DNA of 64,000 bases from Antedon mediterranea (taxonomy: Eukaryota > Animalia > Echinodermata). Both the position numbers and the translations under genes were made by a program. The stretch covers positions 22,333,237-22,397,236 of the forward strand of contig NC_092672.1 in the NCBI RefSeq assembly GCF_964355755.1, in the 5' to 3' direction. Below the pieces are notes generated by a model. The model ran no database searches, was not told where the DNA came from, and saw nothing but the letters and a program-made list of their open reading frames with translations. Positions 1 through 11,635 of this stretch are shown here, piece after piece (the first letter of the stretch is position 1; every line of letters starts with the position of its first letter).

Positions 1-193
1 TTGTGATACATCTAGTGAACCGCACAAATTGATGAGAACATTTAAGAGATTGGTTACCCTCTCATTATACCCAGTCTCTCAGCTGAAATATGTCAGGAGT
101 CAATTGTGATACATCTAGTGAACCGCACAAATTGATGAGAACATTTAAGAGATTGGTTACCCTCTCATTATACCCAGTCTCTCAGCTGAAATG
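1..193. repeat. Tandem duplication, 103-bp unit (about 1.9 copies, cut by the window edge)
   Basis: ttgtgatacatctagtgaaccgc...cagctgaaat occurs at 1 and again at 104. Confidence 0.9.
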
Positions 194-357
194 TGTCCTA
201 TGTGTTTACATCCCTGATATGATGTTATATAGGCCTATATTCTAAAAAGAGAGATGGGAACTAATAAACTGACTCTGAAACAAAAATTATTAAAGTAAAA
301 CATGCAAACTAGATTGAAAATGAAAGCCATTTATTCTATGATTGTACACAGCTAATT

Positions 358-903
358 ATTATGTTATGATACCATATTATATAGGAATCAGTTGTTAATA
401 TGTTATGATACCATATTATATAGGAATCAGTTGTTAATATGTTATGATACCATATTATATATGAATCAGTTGTTAATATGTTATGATACCATATTATATA
501 GGAATCAGTTGTTAATATGTTATGATACCATTATTATATAGGAATCAGTTGTTAATATGTTATGATACCATATTATATAGGAATCAGTTGTTAATATGTT
601 ATGATACCATATTATATAGGAATCAGTTGTTAATATGTTATGATACCATTATTATATAGGAATCAGTTGTTAATATGTTATGATACCATATTATATAGGA
701 ATCAGTTGTTAATATGTTATGATACCATATTATATAGGAATCAGTTGTTAATATGTTATGATACCATATTATATAGGAATCAGTTGTTAATATGTTATGA
801 TACCATATTATATAGGAATCAGTTGTTAATATGTTATGATACCATATTATATAGGAATCAGTTGTTAATATGTTATGATACCATTATTATATAGGAATCA
901 GTT
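358..903. repeat. Minisatellite, 39-40-bp unit, about 14 copies
   Basis: Repeated atatgttatgataccat(t)attatataggaatcagttgtta; it produces the periodic ORF 640-894. Confidence 0.95.
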
Positions 904-1529
904 TATAAAATGTAGTGTTAACTATCTGTCGGTTATTTTGTACACCAAAGCAGATGTATTTTGTGATGTAGTTAAATATCTATGGACGTTTTATTACGAA
1001 AGGAAAATTATAAAACACATTTTAAATATTTTTATATCACTATTTTGAATATAAAGTATTACAGTACTAAATTGTTTATATTTGTATGATAAAATAATTA
1101 TAAATGAATAAAAGCGGGATGATATTTCCATGAAATATTTCTAATTACTGTGATAATAATTTGTATATATTGAACTTAATTCATTTTAAATCTGTGTCGT
1201 TGTAAGAAGAGAACACCTCAATTATTGCATCCGCGTCTCTTTGGTTGCCGTTTAAATATCACGTCATCGTTCATCATCATTGCCGTTCGTGTTCATTATC
1301 ATTGTCACTATCGTCATTATTATCAAATCATTATTCGTCACCATCATTCGAAACTGTATATTAAAATGTAACGGATTCTTTCGGAATTCTGTGTGTCACC
1401 TCATTAGTGCAGCAATGTGTACTAATTCGTGTCTTTAAATTTTCTCTAGACTTAAAAAGTACGTAATTAAATGCACCGTGCAGGAATCAGTAACTTCCAG
1501 AAAGAGATCCAAATACTTTGAGGAACTGT

Positions 1530-1685
1530 AAGCACGCCGAAAAAAAAACCACTCATCATGGTGAAGTGAACATGAACAAGGTCAACAGCCATAAGTCGCA
1601 TGCTAAAACGCATAGTGATACCGGACCGACAGACCGACCGACCGACATAGTGAACTATAGAGTCGCGTCCACGCGACCAAAAATA
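1530..1685 (+). mobile_element. End of a Helentron-type (HINE/DINE-1-like) non-autonomous element
   Basis: (gacc/gaca)n microsatellite, then tatagagtcgcgtccacgcgaccaaaaa with a GTCGCG/CGCGAC stem-loop, the typical HINE terminal structure; other boundary not defined. Confidence 0.55.
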
Positions 1686-1963
1686 GTAGGCAAACATCAT
1701 GAGTAAAAAAAGGTCACGATAACTGGTGTGTAATACAAAATTGCTCAGTTGACCATAAATACAATAATATGATAATACGTCATAATCATCGTAACCAACA
1801 ACATTAAAAAGTTAGATTATTCCTCATGAATGTTATAAATAATAAACTGAATGAAGCTACTCTAAATAAATATAAAGTTTAGATAGGAGTTAAACGCTTA
1901 ATGATGAGACCAGTGAGTTTGCAGAATTTGATAATTACCAACCTAATACAAAAAATAGAAAGA

Positions 1964-2147
1964 CAAAAAGGAGGTGGTCTATATTGCCAACGGAACTATT
2001 ATGTGAGACACTTACCGACCACAACAAAAGGAGGTGGTCTATATTGCCAACGGAACTATTATGTGAGACACTTACCGACCACAACAAAAGGAGGTGGTCT
2101 ATATTGCCAACGGAACTATTATGTGAGACACTTGCCGACCACAACAA
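1964..2147. repeat. Tandem repeat, 60-bp unit x3
   Basis: acaaaaggaggtggtctatattgccaacggaactattatgtgagacacttaccgaccaca repeated three times. Confidence 0.95.
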
Positions 2148-2769
2148 CTGCCCTTTTGAATGCCTTTTGATTAAAGTTACATTACCAAGAATGTGCAAAC
2201 TCTTTAGCACCAATCGGTCGAACCATCACAACTTTATTCTTATCTGCTCGACGAATGAGATAAACACTAAGATCATAAATCACAATGAAGACACAGTTCT
2301 ACGAGAGTTCGTCAGTTAGATCTTTCGGCCAATGTATACAATGGAGATAATCCTTTTCTCTCGGATGGTAATGTTAATGCCAAAACTAATTTATATAATT
2401 CAATTATGCATGATACTTACAATGAGCATTTCCCAGTGATTACTAGCAGTAAGCGGGTTACAGATAAAACTGACGCACAATATAAGAAAATTAGTTAATT
2501 AATTAAGTTGCTAAATTTAATTTAAGATAAATTTTAAAAACTGATCAATGGGCCAGACTTCGGAATTTTGTACAAAAAATGATTTAGGTTACCAGCATAA
2601 TTGCCATCAAGAGAACCTCCCCAGTTATATTCATATACTTTTTTTTTGTATAATTTGTTCATCATTTTTATATTGTAATTGTATTTCTTTCATACGGTCT
2701 CGTGAAAGAACACATTTTGTTGTGAACGAGCCTCCGTTTTAAAATAAATATATTGTTATTATTATATAT

Positions 2770-3600
2770 GCCTGGAAAGTACGGAAAAGGCTTAATATAG
2801 CTTGATTTAAAAACATCTAAAGCTGGTCATCCCGACAATTAACCAGTGAGCTTAATAATGGATTTTGCACCTGAATTAACGCCAATTATCCCGAATATTT
2901 TGAACAGTGTACTAGTGAAAGATATTTTTTTTTGGAGGATTGGAAGAAGTCCACTCAGTTTACAATATGAAAGGTTAAAAATGCCAAGACTTTAAATGTG
3001 CTTAGACCTATCTCGCTCTCTCCATTTTTGTTTGAATATTTCATTTTTCAATGGATTCTCTAGAATAACAGTGACGGATAATAGGCAATAGCTGCAAGCA
3101 GAGCTCGACAACTTTCCATCTTATCAGCGTCATTGACAAATCTTGAAGGGTTTTAAGAGAGATAGCTTTGATGCAAATATTTGTGTTCATCGTGTAGGTC
3201 ACTCTGTATGTATCAATAGGTTAATTTAGCTTAGGATTTGGTCGTCAATGGCACATCATGAATACTCAATTTGCGGGAGTGGTCTCTGATACATACCAAT
3301 TAACTGTGGAGTACCTCATGGTAGCCCACTTTAATAGCACCCACCCTTTTCCTGGTATTATTCAATGATGCACTCATTGTGTGCTGTGGAGGTTACAGTT
3401 ACTTAAACAAGTGGTGCAATGTAACTGGTAATATGACACCGAAACTATCTAAATGTAAGGTGATGTCGTTACAACTATTAAGATGTTATTAAATTTGAAG
3501 TAAAAATGATTCAGTATTAAAGGTGTTGAAAATAATTACTCGATATTGTTATTCATAATAATTTAAAATGTGATACAAATACTGATATATTGATAGATCT
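2770..3600 (+). pseudogene. Highly degenerate non-LTR retrotransposon reverse-transcriptase fragment
   Basis: Residual motifs LRPISLSPF (3001-3027), GVPHGS (~3309) and FLVLFNDA (~3349) in the canonical RT order; many stops and frameshifts. Confidence 0.6.
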
Positions 3601-3674
3601 ATTTATTGAACAAACAGTAGGCCTAATAAAAAAAAAGATGTGTGGGAATTGTATGTAGTTGAAACTGAAACACG

Positions 3675-3813
3675 ACATAAACGCCCTGGTACAATGCCCC
3701 GGGGCATTTATTATTTGAGGAGGTGGAAGGGTGGGCGTTTATTTCAAATGATGTTTTATGAAGGGGACGCTGCGCGTCATTCAAAGCGGGGCGTTTATTA
3801 GAATAAATACGGT
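3675..3813. mobile_element. Terminal fragment of a pogo/Tc1-like MITE
   Basis: Repeated ggggcgtttatt motifs ending ...ggggcgtttattagaataaatacgg; partner end not found. Confidence 0.35.
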
Positions 3814-5790
3814 CGGTTATTAGTTTTAATAAGTTAATCACTTCCGTAAAAAAACGACAAATGACCAAAAAAAATGGTTAAATTCTCTCAAAACCCCATT
3901 TGCTTGTAGCAATTTGACTCTTTTTAAAATTACAGTTTTTCAGGTAAATTCAATTTTTGTCGAAGTGGATAACTATTAATGTGACATTAAAATGGCATCT
4001 GTAATTAACGTGGCCAAAATTACATTTCGATGATTATGTTGACACCTTAAATAATGAACAAAATATATATTGCGATATTAATTTGATTAAAAAATCAGGA
4101 TTAGGATATGACATTAAACAAACTTAAAAAAAACGTTATCACCACTTAATACGAAACGATATGGGAAGACAACTTTAGCTTATGGTTATAAAAGATATCT
4201 CTGATTATTTGATGATAAATAGATGATTATTGATGATGTATGAATTATTTGATCACAGTCATTCCAAATTACATCTTTCTTGCGTCTTTTAGTTAATAGA
4301 TTATAATGATTAAGACATGGTTTGTTCTTCCAGGCCTAAAAGGCTGTCGATTGCTTGATGATCGATTGATGAATAGGGTCACATCCCTACCATAGGCCTA
4401 GGTCTGCAATATTTATTACACAATAGTATATCCTGACTTGCAATGATCTCAACCATGATCCTGTTTTAGAATGATTTTTTGTTGTTGAAATTAGATAAAT
4501 TCGTATTATTAGGCCTACTTTAAATTTATTAACATCACGTCATTTCAGTAATTTCCCAGGGACGTCTTCTTAAACGATTTCAGGTCATCTCTTTAGACTT
4601 AGACCAAAGAATATATATCACAAGAATGAGTATTCCGCGATTTTTGCATGAGAGCTCCAGAGAGAGTGATGCCCGCCCTAATAAGGGCGGATGTATACAT
4701 ACTAAATAAGACTTGATTTAATAGATATTATACATGTCACATTACATAGAATTATGATAATATATTTTGCAATTGTAAACTATTTTATAATACATATTTA
4801 TTAACAAACTAGTGTACATTCACTTTTACAGACAATTATTTACTAACATGCTAAATTAGTTCACAAAAAAAGGCCTAACACAGCAATAGGTGGTCCAGCC
4901 TTTGATTAGTGAAACCGTCACAAAAAGTTGTATACGTCCCAGATACATCCTCACTCATGGCGGCGCCCTACCACATGGACAAGGAAAATCGCGGATTACT
5001 CATTCTTGTGAGTCGTCGGCAGAGGTCGCAAACGTGTACTACCATGGAGCATGGATTAAAGAATCGAATGCATAGAGTAAAGAATAAATTACTTTCTGTG
5101 ATATAAGTATTATTTAGAATGCTGTGGTGTGGATATATTTGAATCTATTTTAAATGATTTAGATATACGTTTATTATTATAATAATAATCTTAAACGGGC
5201 AATAAACTTGTACTTGTGTCTTGTACATTTACTCTTGCAGGCCTAATGTGTTCTAATAAAAACAGAAATGACGATTAAATCAGTTAATAATACATTAAGT
5301 ATTTTAAAGCTCTGGTTATATAGGCCTATTGTATGTCTAATAATTATTGTATGTTATCAACAATACTTAAATAAGCCTATGCCTTCGTAAGAAAATAGGA
5401 GGAACAAAATAACATTACAGTATTTTGAAATTCCTTTTTTATAGCGATTTTTGGAAAAATTCATATTTAGTAAGGCTTGAATTATTTCAGGATTATACAG
5501 TTCCACAGTAAAACCTACCAACACTGGATTGCGAAAACTCTGAAAAGGCTACTACTGCTATTGTTTTAAAACAATGAGGGAGTGTCTTGAATTCCATCTT
5601 AGACAATGAAGGTGGTGTAGCATGATTGTTTTTTATTAACATAACAATGAAATGTGTTACGTTTCGTGTCTTCAATTTGTTGAAGTGTTATTAACAGCAA
5701 AGTTAAATATAAACATAATGGTGAATTATTTTATGTTTTTAATAATTAGAGGGAAGCTAGATTGTTTGTTGTGTGTGATTAATGGAGATG

Positions 5791-8643
5791 TTAAAGTTGT
5801 ATTGTCCCCCAAAACATGAAAAGTAAAGATGAAAAAAATCAAATTTTGAATAGACCATTTTGTAGTTATAATAAAGTTATTCACTTTCGCCGAAAAAAAA
5901 TCCGGAAAAAATATTGATTTCGCTTTTAAAAAATCAAAATAAGTTTACCATTTTTTCGAACTCATAAGTTCAGAAATTCCAAAATAACGATGGTTAGCTA
6001 ACAGCTCATAAATATGCATGATATGTTAATGAGTATCCAAACAGGGGGAGATCCGATCTGTTCACCACGTAAACAAACATGTGCGAAGAACAGAAGAAAG
6101 TGCTGGGGTTTCCCTGATCGTATGATGTAAAAAGCTCTGCCGTTAATTTGCTGGTAAGTAGAATTCTATTTTAGATGAATGACACATCCTCCTATAATAG
6201 TTTTTTGGCGTATAGTTATAGGCTTAGCTATCTAGGCTAGGGCTATAATATAAGCCTACTTCTACTAATCTATCTAGTAGGGCCTAGTTAGTACTGTAGT
6301 TTACTACTGTGTAGTGTAGTGTAGCAGCAGCTGTAGGCAGGCAGATAATCGGGTCAGAAAAGTAGACGGGAACCCACTTTGAGGCCTAGCTAGGTCCTAT
6401 ATATCGTACCCACCTAGCTAAGCCATCACTCCACAACTAGCTACAGGAAATAGGCCTACTATGTTGATGTACCACTGATATACATTTGGAGCTCGAATTA
6501 ATTTTAAAGTCTAAAAAAAGACTAACTGATGACAAAAAACGAAAATTTGGAAAATGATCAGCATACAGTACCAAAGAAGTTGACGGTAGAATAGATTGTT
6601 GTTGATAGCAACCAAAACGAAAACACTAGTAATTAGACTAGGCCTTTTTTATAGAGGAGATGCACTTTTCAGGGATTCCTTACTGTACATTAGTACCCCA
6701 AATTGAAAACTTCAGATTCATGTACATAAATAATAATTATATGTATGCAATAAATTGTGAAATATTTAACTTTTCTATTTGACTTTTGTATTTATACATC
6801 ATTGTTTTTCAATTATAGACTTAAGCTAATGAAGACTGGAACAGAAGTTACACCCATACAGCATTTTAAAGGCAACTGGCAGTAGACTCGGTAGTGGAAC
6901 ACAAGATAAATATTGGATGACTATCATAAAGCATTAGGCAAATGGGTTGGTTGTTTTCCAGCTTTTAAAATGTTGTATAGTTTTCATAATTCGAGCAATA
7001 ACATTTGTATACAGCATTAAATAAATAAAAAATACTACTACAGTACATGAGATAAAATCACCGTAATTTTAATGTGTGAAGATTTACAGTACAGTACAGT
7101 AAAAAATGAGTTAATTACTAGTATATTTCATTGAATTTCTGCATTATTGTTGACAATTTATTTTCAACTATTAATTGATGTGTTGATTGTGGCATTACAG
7201 CAATAGCTTGTCTTCTGTGATTGTTCATCCATTTTAAAGTGTCATAGTAAGAAACGTTCAAATAAATATTGTGAATGTTGCTACCACATTTTGTGTTGAT
7301 TTCTTCACCATTTTCCACTACTTGCTCATATTGTTCATTCAAGTGTGTTAATACCTATTAAAAGAAAGACATTATTTATTAAAATATGTACATAAAAAGT
7401 TTAATTGTGTGAATGTTGGTTTGAACGTTATTGCTTTGGAAGAATTTTCAACATAACGGTACTAAGTACTGTAAAGTACACATTCCAAAAAATATTTAAC
7501 TTAGATTATTTGGTCATTTTCTCTAAAATAATTACATTATTGGATGTACAGTATAGGCCTAGTTACAATTTTCACAAATTTATATTAGCATTAAAATCTA
7601 ATTAATCATGAAGGAAAAACCAAGCACCATAATCTCTCCTGGCCCTGGTGGTGACCTTATTTTCTATTTTTGGCAGCCATTCACAAGTTTTCGCTTTTTG
7701 AGTTTCGCTGCTCTTATGTATAATTTTTTTTAATCACAAACTCTACATAGAAAAGAAAATTAAATGTTTTAAAATGAATGAAAAGTGATATGAATAATGA
7801 TAAATTAAAGACTATTATTAATATTATAGTATTATACTAAAAATAAGAAGAGTTGGTGGTGTCGAAATTCACACAAGTCACAATAAAACCATGGAGGTAT
7901 AAAATATTTTATTTTTATACCTCCATGCTAAAACCTTATTCCTTACTCCATGCTCACAGATGAATGTTATAGGCCTAATCCTATTTAAAGCTAGGTTGGC
8001 AATAACTATTAATAAGGCTTACAAGTTGTATCTATTAGTATTAGCTAGGCCTGCTACTCACTCAGGGTGAACCCTCACTCAGGCCTACAACTAGGCCTAG
8101 TACTACTACTACTACTAGACTAGCTACTACTCTAGGCCTAGCCAATAGATAGGGGATAGTACACTAGATAGCCAGTACAGCTGTAATGGGCTAGCTAGGC
8201 TTCCTATACTAACTAACAAAGCTGCACCATAGAAACTACAGTTCTTACTTACCAATCTGCTAGGGCCTAGCCATAGTCTTTTCTTCAAGTAGGAGTTGTT
8301 TTTTTTGTTGTTAAACTACAGAACTTTCCCACATCGTCGTCTCGCCATATCACGTCGTATTTTTTTTCTGATGACCTAGAGGTCACATACACGCGCAAGA
8401 AGAATCATACAATATGCATAATTCATAAGCTAATTCAGGTCAAGGGTTAAATTAAACCGGAAGCCAGCTGGCTGCCAGCCAACCGACTTCCGGTTGACTA
8501 TTTTTTACTTTAAATTACGATTTTCTAAGGTAAATAATTTTTTTTTTGATCCAATTTTTTTTCAAAGTGAATAAGTTTTATGTATCATTAAAATGGCCTT
8601 TAAAAAAAAAAAAATTTTGTTCAGGGGGACAATACATCTTTAA
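5791..8643. mobile_element. Degenerate TTAA-flanked TIR DNA transposon, Kolobok-like, 2.85 kb
   Basis: Left TTAA-AGTTGTATTGTCCCCC and right GGGGGACAATACATCT-TTAA (16-bp TIR, 1 mismatch). A TTAA target with 5'-RR termini fits Kolobok. A decayed NRSY.HTAF*RQL motif at ~6840-6880 resembles the KolX accessory protein. Confidence 0.75.
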
Positions 8644-9898
8644 TATTAATGTTACATTATATTATGTTATTTATCCAATATTTACTATTTTTATAAATTG
8701 TCACGATTGTTGTAATTCAGTTTGTTAACTGCAAGAACAATTTAAATAAATAAACCTTGCTTATTATTGTTGTTGCGTCCGTTTTCACTTACATTTCTTT
8801 TCTTACGTTATGTTAATATAATATGTTCATTATTGGTTTTATATTTATTTTACTCTGTACAGTATTTGTAAAAATAAATGTTATTAAGTTGTTGTATACA
8901 TTACTGATTCTGATTTTCAAATGTACAAATTATATGTGGCAAACTTCACCGACATTGATATACAGTAACAACAACGATAAATGAAAAAAAACATAATTAA
9001 AAGTTAATATTTATTTGTAAAGTACACACACTCTTTTTCATTATAACTTATAGAAGTGTATATCCTTAAATTAATATAATGAAGGTACTGTATATAACTT
9101 GTATTCCTTTCAGTCTTAAATATAATCGTTGGGGCACATTTTCCGAAAGGTACAAAAATGAAAACATTTCATTTTCTTATGTCATTACTGTATTTATAAT
9201 TCAATCTTTATATAAGAAAAAAGAAAGCATGATTTTATGTTCAATATCACAAAATACACATTAAATCTCATTTAATTTGATTTATAATAACATTTTGTTG
9301 TACTTAGTTAATAATAAAACGTCAGATATTTATGACTGTATAATCTCACATAAAAAAAGTAGGGTAAGTGATCTAAGTATAACATCGAAACTTTGCTGTA
9401 TAATGTCTATTTTCATAACGTGATTCACTAGTTATTACAAAAGTTAGTAAAAAGACTTAACAAAACCAGTTGTTTGTTTGATTTCATCGTAGTGTTACAT
9501 GAAAAGGGAAATTTTGTATATATATAATTTTGTGTGTTTTCGCTTGCATCGTTATTCATTTTGGTTTGATTTATTACAGTTAGGCCTCTAAAGTTAAAGT
9601 TTAAAAGTATAGTCACCTACAAAAAGCGCATGATGACACAAGCGCAGTCAGTTACTTGCAAGAAGTTTGGCTAAACAATGACCATTATTTATTAATAACG
9701 CTTTTAAGTTAGGCGTTTACCGTCACACAATACACACACACAAAATTCGGTACATTTAAGGATTCTTTTTTTGTAATCGGTAAAACAATAACCGGAGTGC
9801 GCGCATCTTTATAAGAGAACCTCATTTTAGGGAATATTACTTATTTCTGAATTGCCATCTGAATTGTTAACTACACTTTTACTGATTATCTACGAACC

Positions 9899-10063
9899 AT
9901 GAACGATTGTATTGAATGTCGCGAACCCGTAACGGAACAGCAAGAAGGACCGTTTTGCGAAGAGTGTCAGAGATGGCAACATCGTCGGTGTAACTCAGGA
10001 GTGAAAAGAGGAGCAGCGTACAGGTTAGCCGTCGAAGAGGGTTTTATTGATTGGACATGTAGA
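9899..10063 (+). pseudogene. 5' part of a PHD-finger/FLYWCH (MULE-like transposase) gene, interrupted by the Maverick
   Basis: CIEC...CEECQRWQHRRC...WTCR; the last Cys pair (R-E-C) resumes after the right TSD at 26640. Confidence 0.85.
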
Positions 10064-10996
10064 AGTAGAAGTAGTCCTACTTCAGACAGAAAATGACCTT
10101 GAGGTATTTCCTGATTACGTAATATCCGCCAGGTGTTTCTAATGGTGATACAGATGATCGTTACACGGATAGTCAGTCGTGGTTATAACAATGGTTAACA
10201 ATGGGGATAGTATAAGACAATAGAGTATATCATTTCACTAGAATTGTTATATAGATTTGTTATATATTAATATACATTATAATATAAAATTAATAAATAT
10301 TAAATAAAAATGATATGGTAATTTAGTTGCTTGTGATGAGAACAAAATGGTTTACAATGGTTGAAGTCAATAGGTGTTATGTTTCGGATTATAATACAAT
10401 GGTTAACATAGGGTAAGGAAGTGAGACAATATAGTTTTTGTAAGATTTGAATTAGTCATAGATGCACCTGGTTAATTAAAACTAGTTAATTGAGGTTTTT
10501 GCTTGATGTATGCCGACATAATCCAAAGACATAAGTTATTTGATCCGGATATTATAACAATGACTAAAACAAAAAGATAAGAATGAATGAAGTTAAATAA
10601 TAAGTATGTCTTGATTGAACTATACCGACAGGTAATTAACCATCTTCCGGATTTGTTAACAAAGGGGATAAATCGAAAGCAGTGACACGGGGTGTTTGAC
10701 ATACTAAAGTTTAATGTGTAACGTTATGATGTTAGTTTCACTATTTTTCATGATTTTTGTTTTCCAATGTTTAGTTTTATTTTCATTTAAATTGGTTACG
10801 TTTACGAAAAGATTTCTTTGTTTCCTTTTAAAATAAAACAAAAAGTGGGTAAAGAGGGACGCTACTGACATCATGCATAAATTATTTTAGTGTGTATAAA
10901 TATATGGGTAAATTTATAGTGAACTCATCAGTACCAGCTTACAACGCACTAAACTCACTTCCACATTCTTGATTAAGAGAATTTTAGTACAGTTTT
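10064..10996 (+). repeat. Maverick left TIR (933 bp)
   Basis: Reverse complement of 25675-26633 apart from a 26-bp deletion near 10144 and about 2 substitutions seen by eye; identical 76-aa ORFs at 10472-10702(-) and 25969-26199(+). Confidence 0.97.
10895..10932 (+). promoter_or_regulatory. Putative TATA + initiator promoter inside the left TIR, facing pPolB
   Basis: TATAAA at 10895-10900, TCATCAGT about 30 nt downstream, ATG at 11017; the mirror copy in the right TIR faces the PC4 gene. Confidence 0.55.
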
Positions 10997-11016
10997 TTAC
11001 TGATTTTTGTTTAACA

Positions 11017-11593
11017 ATGGCTCATTACGAATCATCATCATCATCTTCCGATTCTAACGATAGCTTGTTTATCGAATGTCAGAGAGCAGTAGAAGATATC
11101 GTTAGTTAATCGCGAAACAATATCGAAAATATCGATACCGACGATGTTATCCCCGATGTTGGACTACTAGAAGATTTCGTATTTAATGACCAGGATCTTG
11201 ATTTAGATGTTAGCCAGAGTGTTTCTGAAGCCGATAGCCTCTCACTTTCGGATATTTGTAATAACGCTATTGAGATAGTGCAGGAGCTATCGGCTAATTT
11301 GCGTATTGATGACATAGAAGTAAGTGTTTGTTTATTTTATTTTTTTACGTAATATTTATTTTACCGTGTATAATTCTAAAAAAGTAGATTGTAATTGGGG
11401 GCATTTACAAAGTGTTTCTGCGTTTACGGTTTATATACGTTTTCCTTTCTAATTTATCTAATTATTTTTATTTCTGTATAGTACGGTGTTGGTGCTCACA
11501 CCAAATGTTTGAGTTTGAGAGGAAATGTCGAGATTAATGATTCAGCGGAGTCTTCGATTATTGAGGTAACTATCGTTTTATTTTCTTTACTAC

Positions 11594-11635
<42 letters not shown>

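Noticed and set aside
640-2319. ORFs 640-894, 1901-2170, 1935-2213 and 1984-2319 as proteins
   Set aside because: They are translations of 39-bp and 60-bp tandem repeats.
10472-10702. Duplicated 76-aa ORF (also at 25969-26199) as a TIR-encoded gene
   Set aside because: Identity is explained by the TIR itself; no recognisable motif, and it points outward.
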